From an uncultured delta proteobacterium (lineage in GTDB: Bacteria > Desulfobacterota > Binatia > Binatales > Binataceae): 64,000 nucleotides of DNA. The stretch spans positions 277,915-341,914 of the forward strand of contig CAVVMA010000015.1 in the NCBI GenBank assembly GCA_963749215.1. The letters run 5' to 3'. How positions within the stretch are numbered: position 1 is the first letter of the stretch; every line of letters starts with the position of its first letter. The translations under genes and the position numbers were made by a program. The notes under the pieces are model-generated. The model saw only the letters and a list, made by a program, of their open reading frames with translations, ran no database searches and was not told the DNA's origin. This document shows positions 40,062 to 49,614 of the stretch, in pieces.

Positions 40062-41180
40062 TCAGGCCACCGTCTGATCGCGGCAATGCCCGGTGAGGAC
40101 GCGCGACCACAAGGCCTGCAAGCTATCGACCTGCGCTGCCAGCGAGAATTTTGCGGCGATGCGGCGTCGCGCCGCCTGGCCCATTGCGCGCCCCAACGGC
40201 GGGTCTGCCAGCAGCCGCTGGAGCGCATCTGCCAGCGCAGCCGCGTCGCCAGGCGGCGTGAGCAAGCCGGTCACGCCGTCTTCGATCAGCTCGGGGATGC
40301 CGCCGACGCGCGTGGCGACCACGGGCAGTTCACACGCTCCCGCCTCCATCAGACTCACCGGCATCCCCTCTCGGTGGCTGCACAGGACCGCGACCGACGC
40401 GCGCCTGAGCCATTCAAGGACCGTGGCTCGTTCGGCGGCGCCAACCATCTCGACCAGCGGCTCTATTCTCAGTTGTGCGCGAATTCCGATCAGCTCATCA
40501 TGAGTGGGACCGTCGCCGATCATGATGCATCGGAACTCCACCCCGCGCGCCTGGAGCGTCGCGCATGCTTCGAGCAGCAGGCCCAGATTCTTCACGGGAT
40601 TGTGGCGCGCGACGCAGACGATCAGCCCGGATTCCCGAGACGAGGGAACCCCCGATGAATGGTCTCCGGGGGCGCGATCGGGTGGGGAAAATCGGATCGT
40701 ATCCACGCCGCTCGGGATCACGGAAAGGTGCTCGCGTGGGACGCCAAAATTCTGCGCGATATAGCGGGCGTTGGCTTCGGAGACTGTCACCACCGCTGCG
40801 GCGGATGCCGCTCGTTCCGCAAAATCCGCCGGTGGTCTTTCGTAGATATCGAGGCCGTGCGTAGTGAAAGTGAATGGCACGCCGATCGCGGAGGCCAATC
40901 TGCGCGCCGCTTCGGTGGGGTCCGTGGCGAAATGCGCGTGAATCAATTGCGGCCTGAACTTCCTGAGCTGCGCGGGAAACTTTTTCAGGCCGTAGACGGT
41001 AACTTCGTCCAGCTTGTCACTCGCGACGAAGTCGTGACGCAACTGATCGTGCGAATGCAGCAGCGACAGGATGCGGATTTCGACTCCGCGCCGGCGCAGC
41101 TCGCCGATCTCTGAGGCCACGAAGGTCTCGGATAGTTTCGGAAAGTATTTGAGGACGTAGGCGATACGATGCGCATTCAT
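40062..41180 (-). CDS. Glycosyltransferase family 4 (WcaL-like)
   Basis: FPKLSETF, IHAHFA, TTHG.DIY, EGMPVSLMEA. Confidence 0.92.
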   Translation of the reverse strand: MNAHRIAYVLKYFPKLSETFVASEIGELRRRGVEIRILSLLHSHDQLRHDFVASDKLDEVTVYGLKKFPAQLRKFRPQLIHAHFATDPTEAARRLASAIGVPFTFTTHGLDIYERPPADFAERAASAAAVVTVSEANARYIAQNFGVPREHLSVIPSGVDTIRFSPPDRAPGDHSSGVPSSRESGLIVCVARHNPVKNLGLLLEACATLQARGVEFRCIMIGDGPTHDELIGIRAQLRIEPLVEMVGAAERATVLEWLRRASVAVLCSHREGMPVSLMEAGACELPVVATRVGGIPELIEDGVTGLLTPPGDAAALADALQRLLADPPLGRAMGQAARRRIAAKFSLAAQVDSLQALWSRVLTGHCRDQTVA

Positions 41181-41462
41181 GGCGCTTCATCGGGTGAAAT
41201 TTCTTCCGGACGTAGATTCCGGGTCACGCCGAGTCGCTTCGGCTTTTTGCAGTCTGGACCGCGGCATCCCATCATGTCGACCACACTCACCCCCCCTGCG
41301 GCCTCGAGGCCGCCGGACTGTCCATACTGAAAACTCCCGCAAGTCCGAAAAACTAGAGAGTTTCGCGCGCGCGCTCCAATCCGCCGATCCTGGCCCGGCG
41401 CATCTGTTCTTCGTCTGCCATGTTCTCACACTCAAAGCCGCAAGAAAGCTCCGCCCACGAGC

Positions 41463-42227
41463 CTACGCTCCGAGCAGTTCGGCGAGGGCGGCCCGGTATT
41501 GCTCCGCCTCGGCCGCTTCTCTTAGATGCCTCTTGTCCTTGAACGATGCATCAAGGACAGTCTCGCCCTTTATGAGGTTGTCTCCGACAAACAAGATCGC
41601 AGCCGAGGGAACAGCGAAGTGATTCGACACGGCAAAGACGGTCGCAGCTTCCATTTCGACGCCGAGGTAGCCTTGGTCGGACCATGTCCTAACGTCTTCG
41701 AGGGTCTCGGCCATCATGGCCTGATTCGTTACGGTCGGTCCATGCCACACTTTGTGCTTCCGGTTAATGGCTCTCGCCAACCGAGCACTCAGCTCCTTGC
41801 TCGGAAAGTGCCTATGATCGGACGCCTGGGGTTGGTAGACCCTCGTCGTGCTTTCATTTCCGTGGCTGAAGGTGGGCACAACGAAATCACAGGCATCGAC
41901 CTGAGCGTCCAGGCCGCCGCAGCTCCCCAGCAGAATATTCTTTCGCGATCCGAACAAGCAGGCGAGATGCAAATACTCGGAGAGTCGTGCGCCGCCGTAC
42001 GAGACATCAAACCAGTAGCGCTTTCCGTCGACGACGAATTCGAGCATCCGTTCAAGAAAGTCGGCTAGCTGATTGAATTGGGCGACTCTCGTGCGCAGAG
42101 ACTCTTGAAGAAGTGAAATGTGTCGTTGCCTATTCCAGCCGCCCCAGATGAGCATTCCATCAAGTCGATAGGTCTCGGGCAGGTTGAAGAACGAGCGATA
42201 GTCGCTGGCGCTGTACGTCTTGTACAT
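41463..42227 (-). CDS. Nucleoside phosphorylase (PNP/UDP family 1)
   Basis: LGSCGGL, GVEMEAATVFAV, VGDNL. Confidence 0.82.
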   Translation of the reverse strand: MYKTYSASDYRSFFNLPETYRLDGMLIWGGWNRQRHISLLQESLRTRVAQFNQLADFLERMLEFVVDGKRYWFDVSYGGARLSEYLHLACLFGSRKNILLGSCGGLDAQVDACDFVVPTFSHGNESTTRVYQPQASDHRHFPSKELSARLARAINRKHKVWHGPTVTNQAMMAETLEDVRTWSDQGYLGVEMEAATVFAVSNHFAVPSAAILFVGDNLIKGETVLDASFKDKRHLREAAEAEQYRAALAELLGA

Positions 42228-42283
42228 GCCGTTTCACTCCTGAGTTTCTGTGGAGCTGGTTGCCAGATTTTTCTCTAGTCTTT

Positions 42284-42400
42284 TCAGGGAGATGAGACTC
42301 CGTGCAAAACTACCAGCCTCTCGCGCACCACGCCACGCGCCTTCTCGTCGTCACGTAGCGCGACAAACTTCGCATGCCTGAGATGGCCGGCCGGAGTCCA
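42284..42400 (-). pseudogene. Remnant of the C-terminus of an ATP-dependent DNA ligase (LigD-like)
   Basis: Manual translation WTPAGHLRHAKFVALRDDEKARGVVRE. Confidence 0.6.
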
Positions 42401-42805
42401 TCTCTTGTCGCTGCGGAAAACTCCAGCGTGCGATTCGCCTCGCTCTCGCACGCGCGTAATCGCGAGATTAGGGGTTTTGGGCTATAGCGGCTTCGCGAAA
42501 TTCTGGTTTTTTGTCACCTACCCAACAAAAAGCGCCAAACCGATTCTGGCAGTGGGCCAATCCGCGTCTTGTCGAGGCGGTGCCCGGTATCTGAATCCAT
42601 CTTTTTCAGGAAGTCGCCGCGCGCAGGGCCGCGCAGGCGAGGATGCGCGTGGAGTCGAGGATCGGAAGCTGAGAGTCCGCCTCGCCGACCAGCCGCGGAA
42701 TCTCGGTGCAGGCCAGGGCGAGAGACGCTGCACCGTTTGATTTGGTCTCGGTGATTAGAGGAGATTTACGTTGAAATGATCACCGGGCATGAACGGGAGA
42801 GCAAT

Positions 42806-43633
42806 ATGAGACTCGAAGGCAAAGTGGCGATCGTCACGGGATGCGCCCGCGAGCGGGGAATCGGACGGGCGATCGCGATGCGGCTGGCGTCCGAAGGCGC
42901 GGACATCGTGGCGGCGGATTACTGCCGCTCGATACCGGAATATCCCGACGCAAAGTTTGGCCAGATGGCGGAGCTCGAAGGCGTCGCGTCGGAGGTCCGC
43001 AAGCTGGGGCAGCGCAGTATCGCGGTCAAAGTCGATGTCACTGACGAGGCCGAAGTTACGGCGATGGCCAATGCGGCGATGAAGGAATTCGGCCGCGTCG
43101 ATATTCTTTGCAACAACGCAGGCGGGGGCGTTGGCGGCGGCCCGGTGATTCAGCAGACGCTCGATTCGTGGAACCGCACAGTGGGAATCAATCTTACCGG
43201 CACGTTTTTGTGCGCCAAACACGTTGCGCCGAAGATAATCGAGGGGGGACGCGGCGGCCGGATCATAAATACCGCGTCGATTGCGGGCAAGAGCGGCGGC
43301 CCGATGATGGCGGCGTATTCGGCGGCGAAACACGGCGTGATCGGTCTGACGCGAAGCCTGGCGCTGGAGCTTGGCGCATTCAAAATCACGGTCAACGCGG
43401 TCTGCCCCGGATTCGTGGAGACGCAACTGTTCGACGGGTTGATCAACATGGTCGGCGCGACGCGAAATCTCAATCGCGAGCAGGTGCTCAAGACATTTGT
43501 TCAACGGGTGCCGATGGGCAGGCTGGAAACGGGCGAGGACGTTGCGAACTTGGTCGCGTTTCTCGCGTCGGAGGATGGCGGGTACATGACGGGGCAGGCG
43601 CTCAATATCTGCGGGGGCGTCGAGGTGCATTGA
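42806..43633 (+). CDS. SDR family oxidoreductase
   Basis: TGCARERGIG, NNAG, YSAAK, VNAVCPG. Confidence 0.93.
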   Translation: MRLEGKVAIVTGCARERGIGRAIAMRLASEGADIVAADYCRSIPEYPDAKFGQMAELEGVASEVRKLGQRSIAVKVDVTDEAEVTAMANAAMKEFGRVDILCNNAGGGVGGGPVIQQTLDSWNRTVGINLTGTFLCAKHVAPKIIEGGRGGRIINTASIAGKSGGPMMAAYSAAKHGVIGLTRSLALELGAFKITVNAVCPGFVETQLFDGLINMVGATRNLNREQVLKTFVQRVPMGRLETGEDVANLVAFLASEDGGYMTGQALNICGGVEVH

Positions 43634-43991
43634 GGGCCGCGAGGGCGATCATTCGCCGGAGTTTTCAGTATGCACAGCCCTGAAAAGTCTCCGGACTCAA
43701 ATCCGGGCTCAAACTTTGCGTTTGCAAACCGCATGGTCTTTGTCCAAGTTTGAATCGGGTTTCAAAACGGAAATTCGTTCATGTGTCTGCTCTCGGGTTC
43801 GATGCCGTGGTTGCGCAGCCACTCGCGGCAGGCGCTAACCACAGAAGGAACGTCTGAGAATGGAATCGGCAGCAGGCACACGCCGTGACCCAGCCGGATC
43901 CGGCTCGTCACCTGGCTGAGCGTAGTGCGGCCGAACACATCCAATTTAAGCGAGTGTAATTTTGGCGAGTGTAATTTGCGGAGGTGGTGCA

Positions 43992-44945
43992 ATGCGCGAG
44001 CTTGAGCATCGATTCGTCAAAACCAATGGAATCCGTATGCACTATGTCGAGGCCGGCTCCGGCCCTTTGGTAATCCTGTGCCATGGCTTCCCGGAGTCGT
44101 GGTACTCGTGGCGCCATCAGATTTCCGCGCTCGCGCAAGCCGGCTTTCATGTCGTTGCACCCGACATGCGCGGCTACGGACAGACTGATCGTCCCGAGGC
44201 CGTCGAGGCTTACGACATTTTTCAGCTCACCGGCGATATTGTCGGGCTGGTGAACGCTCTGAATGAGAAACCTGCCGTCATCGTGGGGCATGATTGGGGC
44301 GCATGGATTACCCCATACGCCGCGCTTTTTCGTCCGGATCTGTTCAGAGCGGTTGGGCTGCTGAGCGTTCCGTACTTTCCGCGCATGAGCGTGAGTCCGA
44401 GCGAATGGGAGCAACAGAAATACCCGGGCAAGATTTTCTACCAGGCAATGTTCAGGTCTCCCGGCGCGGAGAGCTTTTTCCAGGCGGACGTCAGGGGCAG
44501 TCTGCTCAACGGCCTGTACTCCGCATCGGGAGATGCGGCTCCCGACGAACGATGGAATCCGGTGATCGATCCGAACGCGCCGCCGAGCGAACCGGCCTTG
44601 CCGAAGAAGCTTCCGCCATGGCTGACAGAGAAAGACCTGGATTTCTTCACGGGCGAATTCAAACGGACCGGCTTCCGAGGCGGTCTCAATTACTATCGGA
44701 ACGTGGATCGCAACTGGGCTCTCACGCCATTTCTCGACGGTGCGAAGCTGCTGCAACCGACGATTTTCATCGCTGGCGACAGAGATGCCGTGATCGAATT
44801 CTGGGGCGAGGAATTCAACGCCCTGGAAGCCAACGTTCCTAATCTGAGGAAGAAGGCGGTGCTTGCGGGAGTCGGTCACTGGACGCAGCAGGAGCGTCCG
44901 AGCGAAGTGAATGATCTGCTGATCGAGTTTTTGAAAGGTCTCTAG
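43992..44945 (+). CDS. Epoxide hydrolase-like alpha/beta hydrolase
   Basis: HGFPE, DMRGYG, GHDWGA, GHWTQQE. Confidence 0.93.
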   Translation: MRELEHRFVKTNGIRMHYVEAGSGPLVILCHGFPESWYSWRHQISALAQAGFHVVAPDMRGYGQTDRPEAVEAYDIFQLTGDIVGLVNALNEKPAVIVGHDWGAWITPYAALFRPDLFRAVGLLSVPYFPRMSVSPSEWEQQKYPGKIFYQAMFRSPGAESFFQADVRGSLLNGLYSASGDAAPDERWNPVIDPNAPPSEPALPKKLPPWLTEKDLDFFTGEFKRTGFRGGLNYYRNVDRNWALTPFLDGAKLLQPTIFIAGDRDAVIEFWGEEFNALEANVPNLRKKAVLAGVGHWTQQERPSEVNDLLIEFLKGL

Positions 44946-46143
44946 TCGTCGCCGCAGAGCTGGCGGCGCGCCGCATCGTCGAATCGCTCGTCGGGTCCGC
45001 AGAAACCCTGGTCTGGAAGCCGCGCGATTCCTTGTGCGACTCGCGGCAGGACCTTCGCCCTGAGCGCGTCGGATTCCGCTCCCGGATCGATCAGCAGCTC
45101 CCGCGTAAAGTTGTCCGCGTCACGCAAAATATTGAAATAGTTGTCGTGTGCCCGCGCATACGCGGAGCAGGCACCAGCCCAATCGTCGCTCGCGCGTAAC
45201 AGATCCGTCAGCACTCTTGCGTCGCGGCAAGTCAGGCTCAGCCCCTGGCCCCAGATCGGATCGCTCGCGGCGGCGGCGTCTCCGATCAGCACTACTCCGC
45301 CCCGGTATGGGTTCTCGACCCAATGATCTGCGGTAATGAACGACGCGAGCGGACCATCGGCGCGCGCGCCCTTGTAGTAGTCTCGCGGAACGCCGGTGCG
45401 AATCGCCTCGGAGACAAAGCGGTCCCTTGCACCGGCGCCTTGAAGACGAAAGTCGGCACTGGTCGGATAGACGAGGTAGGCACGCACGCAACCGTCGCCT
45501 TGCGGGAAAAGATAGCCGACCTGCCCGACCTTCGGATTGTATACGCCGACAGCCGTGTCCTGCGGAGCGGGCATTTCCTCGAACCGCAGGCCGGCGATGT
45601 AGTACCGATCGGATTCACAAGCGGTTTGGAAACCGCACCATTTGCGCACCATCGAGCTTCGCCCGTCGGCGCCGACCACAAGCCTCGGCGTCAACTCTTC
45701 GGTGCGCCCCTGCCACGCGACAGAGAGACTCGGGGATTGCCGGGCCTGACCTCGCGCACCAGGGCGCCGCGCCGGACTTCGGCGCCGGCTTTAACCGCCT
45801 CGGCGAGGACCAATTCCTGCAGCGCCGGATGGTAGATGCCGAGGTTCGGCAGCTTATGTGGCGTGGTGGCGACGCAGTCGCGGCGATCGATTTTCATCTC
45901 ACCCAGGTAGAGTTGCCACCATGGAGTCTCGTTGGCGGCCGAGCGTATCGCGTTGTAGATGCCCAGCCGGATTGTTTCCGCAACTCCCCACGGTTCCATG
46001 AATTCGCCGCGCACGCGATCCTGAAAACGCTCCTCACGCTCCACTACCAACACGCGAGCGCCAGCCTTCGCCATCACGGTCGCGAGTGCCGCCCCGCCCA
46101 GTCCTCCGCCCACCGTAACGATGTCGTATTCGCTTCGGCTCAT
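44942..46143 (-). pseudogene. FAD-dependent monooxygenase, frameshifted near 45700 (possibly an assembly error)
   Basis: GGGLGG Rossmann motif in one frame; GADGRSS and IGDAA..GQG in the next. Confidence 0.8.
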
Positions 46144-46395
46144 TGCAATTTCAAGCGCGGGTGCTTCCTTAAAACTGCAGCCGCTCCGAAGACACTCCAG
46201 TTTTAAGCGGCCGGCGTCAACCACGGCGAGCGAACAGCACGCGACGCATATAGTGACCACCAGCCGCATCAACCAGGTGATCTCAGAATGATCTGAGGTC
46301 ATCTGGCGAAACTCGGGAATTGTGGGCAGTTTGTGGGCACTCAAGCCACCTAAGCGGTTGTGCCAGTCGCCGTAAGTGCTTAGAAAATAAGGGCT

Positions 46396-46491
46396 GGAGG
46401 AGGAAAGGGCCCGGTGGCTCTACCGGTCTTCAAAACCGGCTTGGCGGGCATTACGCTCGCCGGAAGGTTCGACTCCTTCCCCCCTCCGCCA
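46396..46491 (+). tRNA. selC: tRNA-Sec (UCA)
   Basis: 8-bp acceptor stem (one A.C mismatch), 6-bp D stem AGGGCC/GGCTCT with 4-nt loop, anticodon loop CTTCAAA, long variable arm TGGCGGGC/GCTCGCCG, GAAGG-TTCGACT-CCTTC, terminal GCCA. Confidence 0.95.
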
Positions 46492-47779
46492 CAAACCTAC
46501 CCGAATTTGTTGCAGTTTCTTTGGCAGTGCCACCAAAGTGCCAACCGGAGGAGCGCACGTAGTCGCTAAGGCGGGATAGAGCAACGTCAACCTCGCTCTC
46601 CGCGCCGATGGCGTAGCGGCTGTACATACGTTCGGTCCACCCGCCCAGCTTCATCGCGACTCCGCGCGGCATTCCGGCGCGCTCGAAATTACGCGCGGCT
46701 GAACGGCGCAGGTCGTGAAACAGCAACCCAGGCAGGCCGACGTTTTCGCACGCGCGCTGCCAATGCTCGCGGAGCGCACTCAATAGGCCGCGCTCGCCAC
46801 TGGGTTTGAACAGCGGCGCTCCGGCAGGGTGGTAAAGACGCCCGCGCACTCTTGCCGGCTCACTAAAACAGAACACCCACGGCGTAATGACGCCGGCGCG
46901 CCTGAGCCGCTCGCGCACGGCCGCACGGCGCGCAATCACTTCGGCAAGCTCAGGATAGTGACCGTAGGGAACCGCGCGCGGCCGGCCGCTTTTCGTCGAG
47001 CGGAAATGAACCACGCAGGGTTCAGACTCGACATCCGCCCATGCGAGCGCAAGCGTCTCCATTTCGCGCGCGCCGCACAGAAAAGCGAAGTCGCCAGCAT
47101 CGCGCAAGTCGGGGTCGAGCCTTGCGCGCAGCTCGCCCCACTGACGAGCCTCCACGAAGCCGGAACGCACGTTCAAATTCTTTATCTGCGGGAACTCAGG
47201 AATCGACCGGACTAACCCGGCCACGCGCGCCAGATGATAGGCGCGGCGCGCCACGGACAATTCAAAATGAACCGTGTCCGGCGCGACTTGCTGTTTACGC
47301 TGAGCCGCATACTTCACCCAAGCCGCGTGCTCAACGTGCTCGGCACGATAACCCGAAAGCGTAGCGCACAGAGCGCGACCAGCGCGCTCGATTCGCTTCA
47401 CGGCTTTGAGTCCGCGCACCTTCGCATCATCGACCAGCAGGGCGATTAGCTGCTCAAAACTTGCCGTGCCCGGGAGCATCCCCGTGCTTGCCTGATAGAC
47501 CTTGAAGGCAAGAAGGTGCTCAGCCTCACGCCGGCTTTGTGCGCGTGTGCTCTCATAACGCCACTTGCCGTTGACGAGATACTTGATTTGCCAGTAGCGG
47601 GAACGAGCGCGCTTAAAAACCGAGCCGCCGACCGTCTTCAAGCGCCGCGCGCGAAGCTCAAGCAGATCGGCGGAAAATTGACGCGCTTGAGGACCAGTCG
47701 CGAGAATGAATTCCTCGCCTTTCTCAAGCGCACGTTGAAGGTCCGCGACAGCAGGGTCTTGGCACGCCGGAGCGCTCAC
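46451..47779 (-). CDS. Tyrosine recombinase / integrase
   Basis: Arm-binding-like GSVFKR..YWQIKY, GAREME (Arg), STK, FHDLRRSA, GW and RY catalytic residues; the 3' end runs across attL. Confidence 0.92.
   Translation of the reverse strand: MSAPACQDPAVADLQRALEKGEEFILATGPQARQFSADLLELRARRLKTVGGSVFKRARSRYWQIKYLVNGKWRYESTRAQSRREAEHLLAFKVYQASTGMLPGTASFEQLIALLVDDAKVRGLKAVKRIERAGRALCATLSGYRAEHVEHAAWVKYAAQRKQQVAPDTVHFELSVARRAYHLARVAGLVRSIPEFPQIKNLNVRSGFVEARQWGELRARLDPDLRDAGDFAFLCGAREMETLALAWADVESEPCVVHFRSTKSGRPRAVPYGHYPELAEVIARRAAVRERLRRAGVITPWVFCFSEPARVRGRLYHPAGAPLFKPSGERGLLSALREHWQRACENVGLPGLLFHDLRRSAARNFERAGMPRGVAMKLGGWTERMYSRYAIGAESEVDVALSRLSDYVRSSGWHFGGTAKETATNSGRFVAEGGRSRTFRRA
46458..46492 (+). 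repeat. attL core
   Basis: CGCCGGAAGGTTCGACTCCTTCCCCCCTCCGCCAC, identical to 53872-53906. Confidence 0.93.
46526..46545 (+). repeat. Probable integrase arm-type site (left)
   Basis: AGTGCCACCAAAGTGCCAAC, 19/20 identical to 53789-53808. Confidence 0.75.
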
Positions 47780-47929
47780 TTATGAATGCCTCCGCAGCCG
47801 CGCGAGCCAGACATGCTCGTACTCTTCGGGCGGGAGACTCTGACGCCAGCGCCGGCGTTCCAGCCTCGCACCGACGCACCAGGCCCGTCGACGACGCCGA
47901 ACCCCGACCGCGGCGACCAGGAGCGTCAT
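47780..47929 (-). CDS. Small basic protein directly upstream of the integrase
   Basis: 49 aa MTLLVAAVGVRRRRRAW...; its TAA abuts the integrase GTG and its ATG overlaps the TGA of ORF 47926-48153. Confidence 0.35.
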   Translation of the reverse strand: MTLLVAAVGVRRRRRAWCVGARLERRRWRQSLPPEEYEHVWLARLRRHS

Positions 47930-48431
47930 GGTTGTCCGCTCTCGCTCGGCTTGGTGGGCGAATTGTGATTACAGATTGCTTGCCTACTTGCCATAGGCGC
48001 ACGTTTCCGCCCGATACGGCCCATGCCATGCGGATACTCCTTGGGTTTCCGCACGACGGCGCTATTCCTGTGGGGCCAGCCTTCCGACTCTGCCCGCTCC
48101 GCCCGTGGTATGCGTCGGCGTGGCCACGGGTCTGACGGCCGACGGGCCGTCAACTAACGCCATTCCCAATCAACGCCTTGCCGCTATATGCTCTGGGGCG
48201 CTTGATAGACCCTTCTCTCTTACGCCGGTCGGCGCGCGAGAATCAAGAAGGCAAGCAGGCCGCAACGGCCACTGAGAAGCCCGACCTTTCCCTTGCGAAG
48301 CGCGCTTCAAGCGATTGAGGCGCGCTTCACTCTGCGGCGCTTCCAGCGCCCAAGCGCTAGACCGCCGCTACCGCTCCAGCAATCGCGGTCGCTCGGCTTT
48401 TCCTCGCGGTTCCGGCGCGACATAATCCAGC

Positions 48432-48920
48432 GTGATGCTGGCCAGACTGCTACAGCGCTCGCCGGACTCGCGCTCGCTTACCAGCGCGCTTCAGCGGCGA
48501 ATCGACGAGCTTGAAGCCGAGATCGCCATTCTGCGGGAACCTTCCGACGAAATGACTGATCGCCTGCGCCAGACGGTCCGTTTGGCGGATATGTGCCTCA
48601 CACGGTTGATCGCCCAGGTAGCACTGGCAGCCGACTCAGCACTTTCGGTCGGACGCGCTGTCGAGGGTTTCGCGAGCGCGATGCGCGCCCGACCGGCGCG
48701 CGGTCGTGCTGGCGGACTGGCGCGAGCACGGACCGCGTGGCGTTACTCTGACGGTACCTTCATGCCGGAGAGCGAGCGAGCGGCGACAGTCGAGGAACTG
48801 GAAACGCAACAGTACGAACGTTACGCGGCGGGCGGGCGCGCAAGGGCGATGAACGCGCCCCGTGCGCGAAACGGAAGATTTGTGCAACGCGACGGCGGTT
48901 CACTCGAAGGCCGGCGATGA
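48432..48920 (+). CDS. Hypothetical coiled-coil protein with two AGG.ARA..R..G.F repeats
   Basis: RAGGLARARTAWRYSDGTF and AAGGRARAMNAPRARNGRF. Confidence 0.6.
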   Translation: MMLARLLQRSPDSRSLTSALQRRIDELEAEIAILREPSDEMTDRLRQTVRLADMCLTRLIAQVALAADSALSVGRAVEGFASAMRARPARGRAGGLARARTAWRYSDGTFMPESERAATVEELETQQYERYAAGGRARAMNAPRARNGRFVQRDGGSLEGRR

Positions 48921-49096
48921 GGAAGAGGCGAGACAGATCGATCTGACGTTGCTTTCCCTGACGTTGCTTTCCGGTCCATAGGAAAGCCGCGCGGGAGCGA
49001 TGACCCGAACCGGCCCCTCCCGCCCGCGCGGGTAGTGTCTCAGTTTGATTTTTCATGCGCGTTATGGAACGTTCGGGCCGGAGGCGCGAATGGAGG

Positions 49097-49426
49097 CTAC
49101 GGGCAATTGCACGGCGGACGGAGCGCAACTTTTAAATCAGTCTCGATAGCCGTGCGCACGACCTTACCCCCGTGAAGGACCAAGCAGCAAACGTTTGTTG
49201 CCCGTTCGCGTAGCATAATGCAGTCCCAGCAAGGGTGATTCGCGATATTAACGTTCAGGCGCTCATTGAAATCCTCGGTCTCGCCCACATAAATTTGCGC
49301 CCATTTGCCGTGCGCCGCTGGCTTACAAAGAAGGTACACGCCAGGGTTCGTGCTGAACGCGCGTCCCAACTCGCACAATTCCATGCCGTAGACTTTGCCG
49401 CTGTAGCCTGTCCAGTTCACGTTCAT
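49097..49426 (-). CDS. Minimal GIY-YIG-like nuclease
   Basis: PGVY, IYVGE, ERL, H, IETDL and PPCN, the GIY-YIG catalytic pattern in 109 aa. Confidence 0.75.
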   Translation of the reverse strand: MNVNWTGYSGKVYGMELCELGRAFSTNPGVYLLCKPAAHGKWAQIYVGETEDFNERLNVNIANHPCWDCIMLRERATNVCCLVLHGGKVVRTAIETDLKVALRPPCNCP

Positions 49427-49504
49427 TGGATTGCCCTACCTTGCGCTTGTCGCGCTGATGGGGTTGGCGGCTTCGACTTAATTCCTTGATCGAGCATAGC
49501 CGAT

Positions 49505-49614
49505 CTGTCGCGCCCGCTGCCAATGTCCGGGGGTCGGGCGGGATTGCTCTCGCCCGGCCCCTTTGGTTGGACCATCTTGGACCGCCTTGGCAGGAGGGTC
49601 AGGGCCAACGACAG
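49505..49614 (-). ncRNA. Candidate structured RNA / leader upstream of the GIY-YIG gene
   Basis: Nested complementary pairs: CTGTCG/CGACAG, CTGCCAA/TTGGCAG and an inner ~14-bp hairpin (49530-49561). Confidence 0.35.
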
